Notes under the pieces: model-generated
Seen by the model: only the letters and a program-made list of their open reading frames with translations
Told to the model about the DNA's origin: nothing
Databases searched by the model: none
Assembly: GCF_964213995.1 (NCBI RefSeq)
Contig: NC_135804.1
Span: 68,076,001 to 68,140,000, forward strand
Length of the DNA stretch: 64,000 nt
Reading direction: 5' to 3'
DNA from: Mustelus asterias
Lineage: Eukaryota
Part shown: positions 62,325-64,000 of the stretch, piece by piece
How the letters are laid out: every line of letters begins with the position of its first letter
How positions within the stretch are numbered: position 1 is the stretch's first letter
Translations under genes and position numbers: made by a program

Positions 62325-64000
62325 CTTTTGAGGTACGTCTATTTCAATGCCAGGAGTATTGTGGGGAAGGCAGGTGAGCTGAAGGCGTGGATAGACACAT
62401 GGAAATATGTGTAACCAGAGAGGCAGTGCTGGGTAGACTAATGGGACTGAAGGTGGACAAGTCCCCGGGTCCGGATGGAATGCATCCCAGGGTATTGAAA
62501 GAAATGTCAGAGGTAATAGTGGATGCGTTAGTGATTATTTATCAAAACTCGTTGCATTCTGGGGTAGTGCCGGTTGATTGGAAAACGGCTAATGTTACGC
62601 CGCTGTTTAAAAAAGGAAGGAGACAAAAGGCGGGTAACTATAGGCCGGTCAGCTTAACGTCTGTAGTAGGGAAAATGCTGGAATCCATTATTAAAGAGGA
62701 GATAGCAGGGCATCTGGATAGAAATGGTTCGATCAATCAGACGCAGCATGGATTCATGAGGGGAAAGTCGTGCTTGACGAACATGTTGGATTTTTATGAA
62801 GATGTGACTAGGGCGGTTGATGGAGGAGAACCGGTGGATGCGGTGTTTTTGGATTTCCAAAAGGCGTTTGATAAGGTGCCCCATAAAAGGCTACTGAAGA
62901 AGATTAGGGCACACGGAGTTGGGGGTAGTGTGTTAAAGTGGATTGGGGACTGGCTATCCGACAGGAAGCAAAGAGTCGGAATAAATGGGTGTTTTTCCGG
63001 TTGGAGGAAGGTAACTAGTGGCGTGCCGCAGGGATCGGTACTCGGGCCGCAACTATTTACCATTTATATAGATGATCTGGAGGAGGGGACGGAGTGTAGG
63101 GTAACGAAGTTTGCAGACGACACAAAGATAAGTGGAAAAGTGAATCGTGTGGAGGACGGAGAAGATCTGCAGAGAGATTTGGACAGGCTGAGTGAGTGGG
63201 CGAGGATATGGCAAATGGAGTATAACGTTGATAAATGCGAGGTTATACACTTTGGAGGAAATAATAACAAATGGGATTACTATCTCAATGGAAACAAATT
63301 AAAACATGCTACCGTGCAAAGGGACCTGGGGGTCCTTGTGCATGAGACGCAAAAGCCCAGTCTGCAGGTACAACAGGTGATCAAGAAGGCAAATGGGATG
63401 TTGGCCTATATTGCGAAGGGGATAGAATATAAAAGCAGGGATGTCTTGATGTACCTGTACAGGGCATTGGTGAGGCCGCAGCTGGAATACTGTGTGCAGT
63501 ATTGGTCCCCTTATATGAGGAAGGATATATTGGCATTGGAGGGAGTGCAGAGAAGGTTCACCAGGTTGATACCGGAGATGAGGGGTTTGGATTATGAGGA
63601 GAGGCTGAGGAGATTGGGTTTGTACTCGTTGGAGTTTAGAAGGATGAGGGGGGATCTTATGGAGACTTATAAGATAATGCGGGGGCTGGATAGGGTGGAG
63701 GCGGAGAGATTCTTTCCACTTAGTAAGGAAGTTAAAACTAGAGGACACAGCCTCAAAATAAAGGGGGGTCGGTTTAAGACAGAGTTGAGGAGGAACTTCT
63801 TCTCCCAGAGGGTGGTGAATCTCTGGAATTCTCTGCCCACTGAGGTGGTGGAGGCTACCTCGCTGAATATGTTTAAAGCGCGGATGGATGGATTCCTGAT
63901 CGGTAAGGGAATTAAGGGTTATGGGGATCAGGCGGGTAAGTGGTACTGATCCACGTCAGATCAGCCATGATCTTATTGAATGGCGGGGCAGGCTCGAGGG
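62325..64000 (+). mobile_element. Young CR1 LINE with an uninterrupted RT domain (ORF 62387-63949, 520 aa) but a deleted endonuclease; runs off the window end
   Basis: [44 protein letters not shown], no stops; upstream YFNARSIVGKAGELKAWIDTWKY is the endonuclease N-terminus. Confidence 0.95.

Noticed and set aside
1-64000. Prokaryotic systems (CRISPR arrays, operons, defence islands)
   Set aside because: The sequence is vertebrate-type, with spliceosomal introns, SINEs and LINEs, and has no regularly spaced repeat-spacer array

Overview
Eukaryotic, intron-containing, repeat-rich DNA. The repeat inventory (HE1-type V-SINEs, HER1/CR1 LINEs, Rex-Babar LINEs, Penelope-like elements, Harbinger) points to a cartilaginous fish, most likely a shark (inference). 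Most of the supplied ORFs are spurious or transposon-derived. The host content is two tandem, + strand, multi-exon immunoglobulin-superfamily receptor genes, reconstructed by hand from GT-AG junctions and exon phases. Gene A spans 21502-34712 (6 exons, 337 aa). Gene B spans 46809-59660 (6-7 exons, about 335-368 aa). Both encode a leader, a V domain with a germline-fused J-like G strand (NGTGSxxxV), a C1-set domain (FYP...W...YTCxVxH), an uncharged TM segment, a 44-nt exon and a SIRP-alpha-like ITIM/ITSM tail. They appear to be non-rearranging, antigen-receptor-like (VJ-C1) inhibitory receptors with unusually short V domains (58 aa between the cysteines) and duplicated or alternative signalling exons. 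Around them lie a decayed GalEa-type Copia element, a Harbinger transposon with a tandem non-autonomous partner, an endogenous-retrovirus env remnant split by a palindromic Penelope insertion carrying hammerhead-ribozyme motifs, a Gypsy integrase remnant, an RTE fragment and many LINE/SINE copies. Exon coordinates were counted by hand; transposon boundaries are approximate. No database searches were run.
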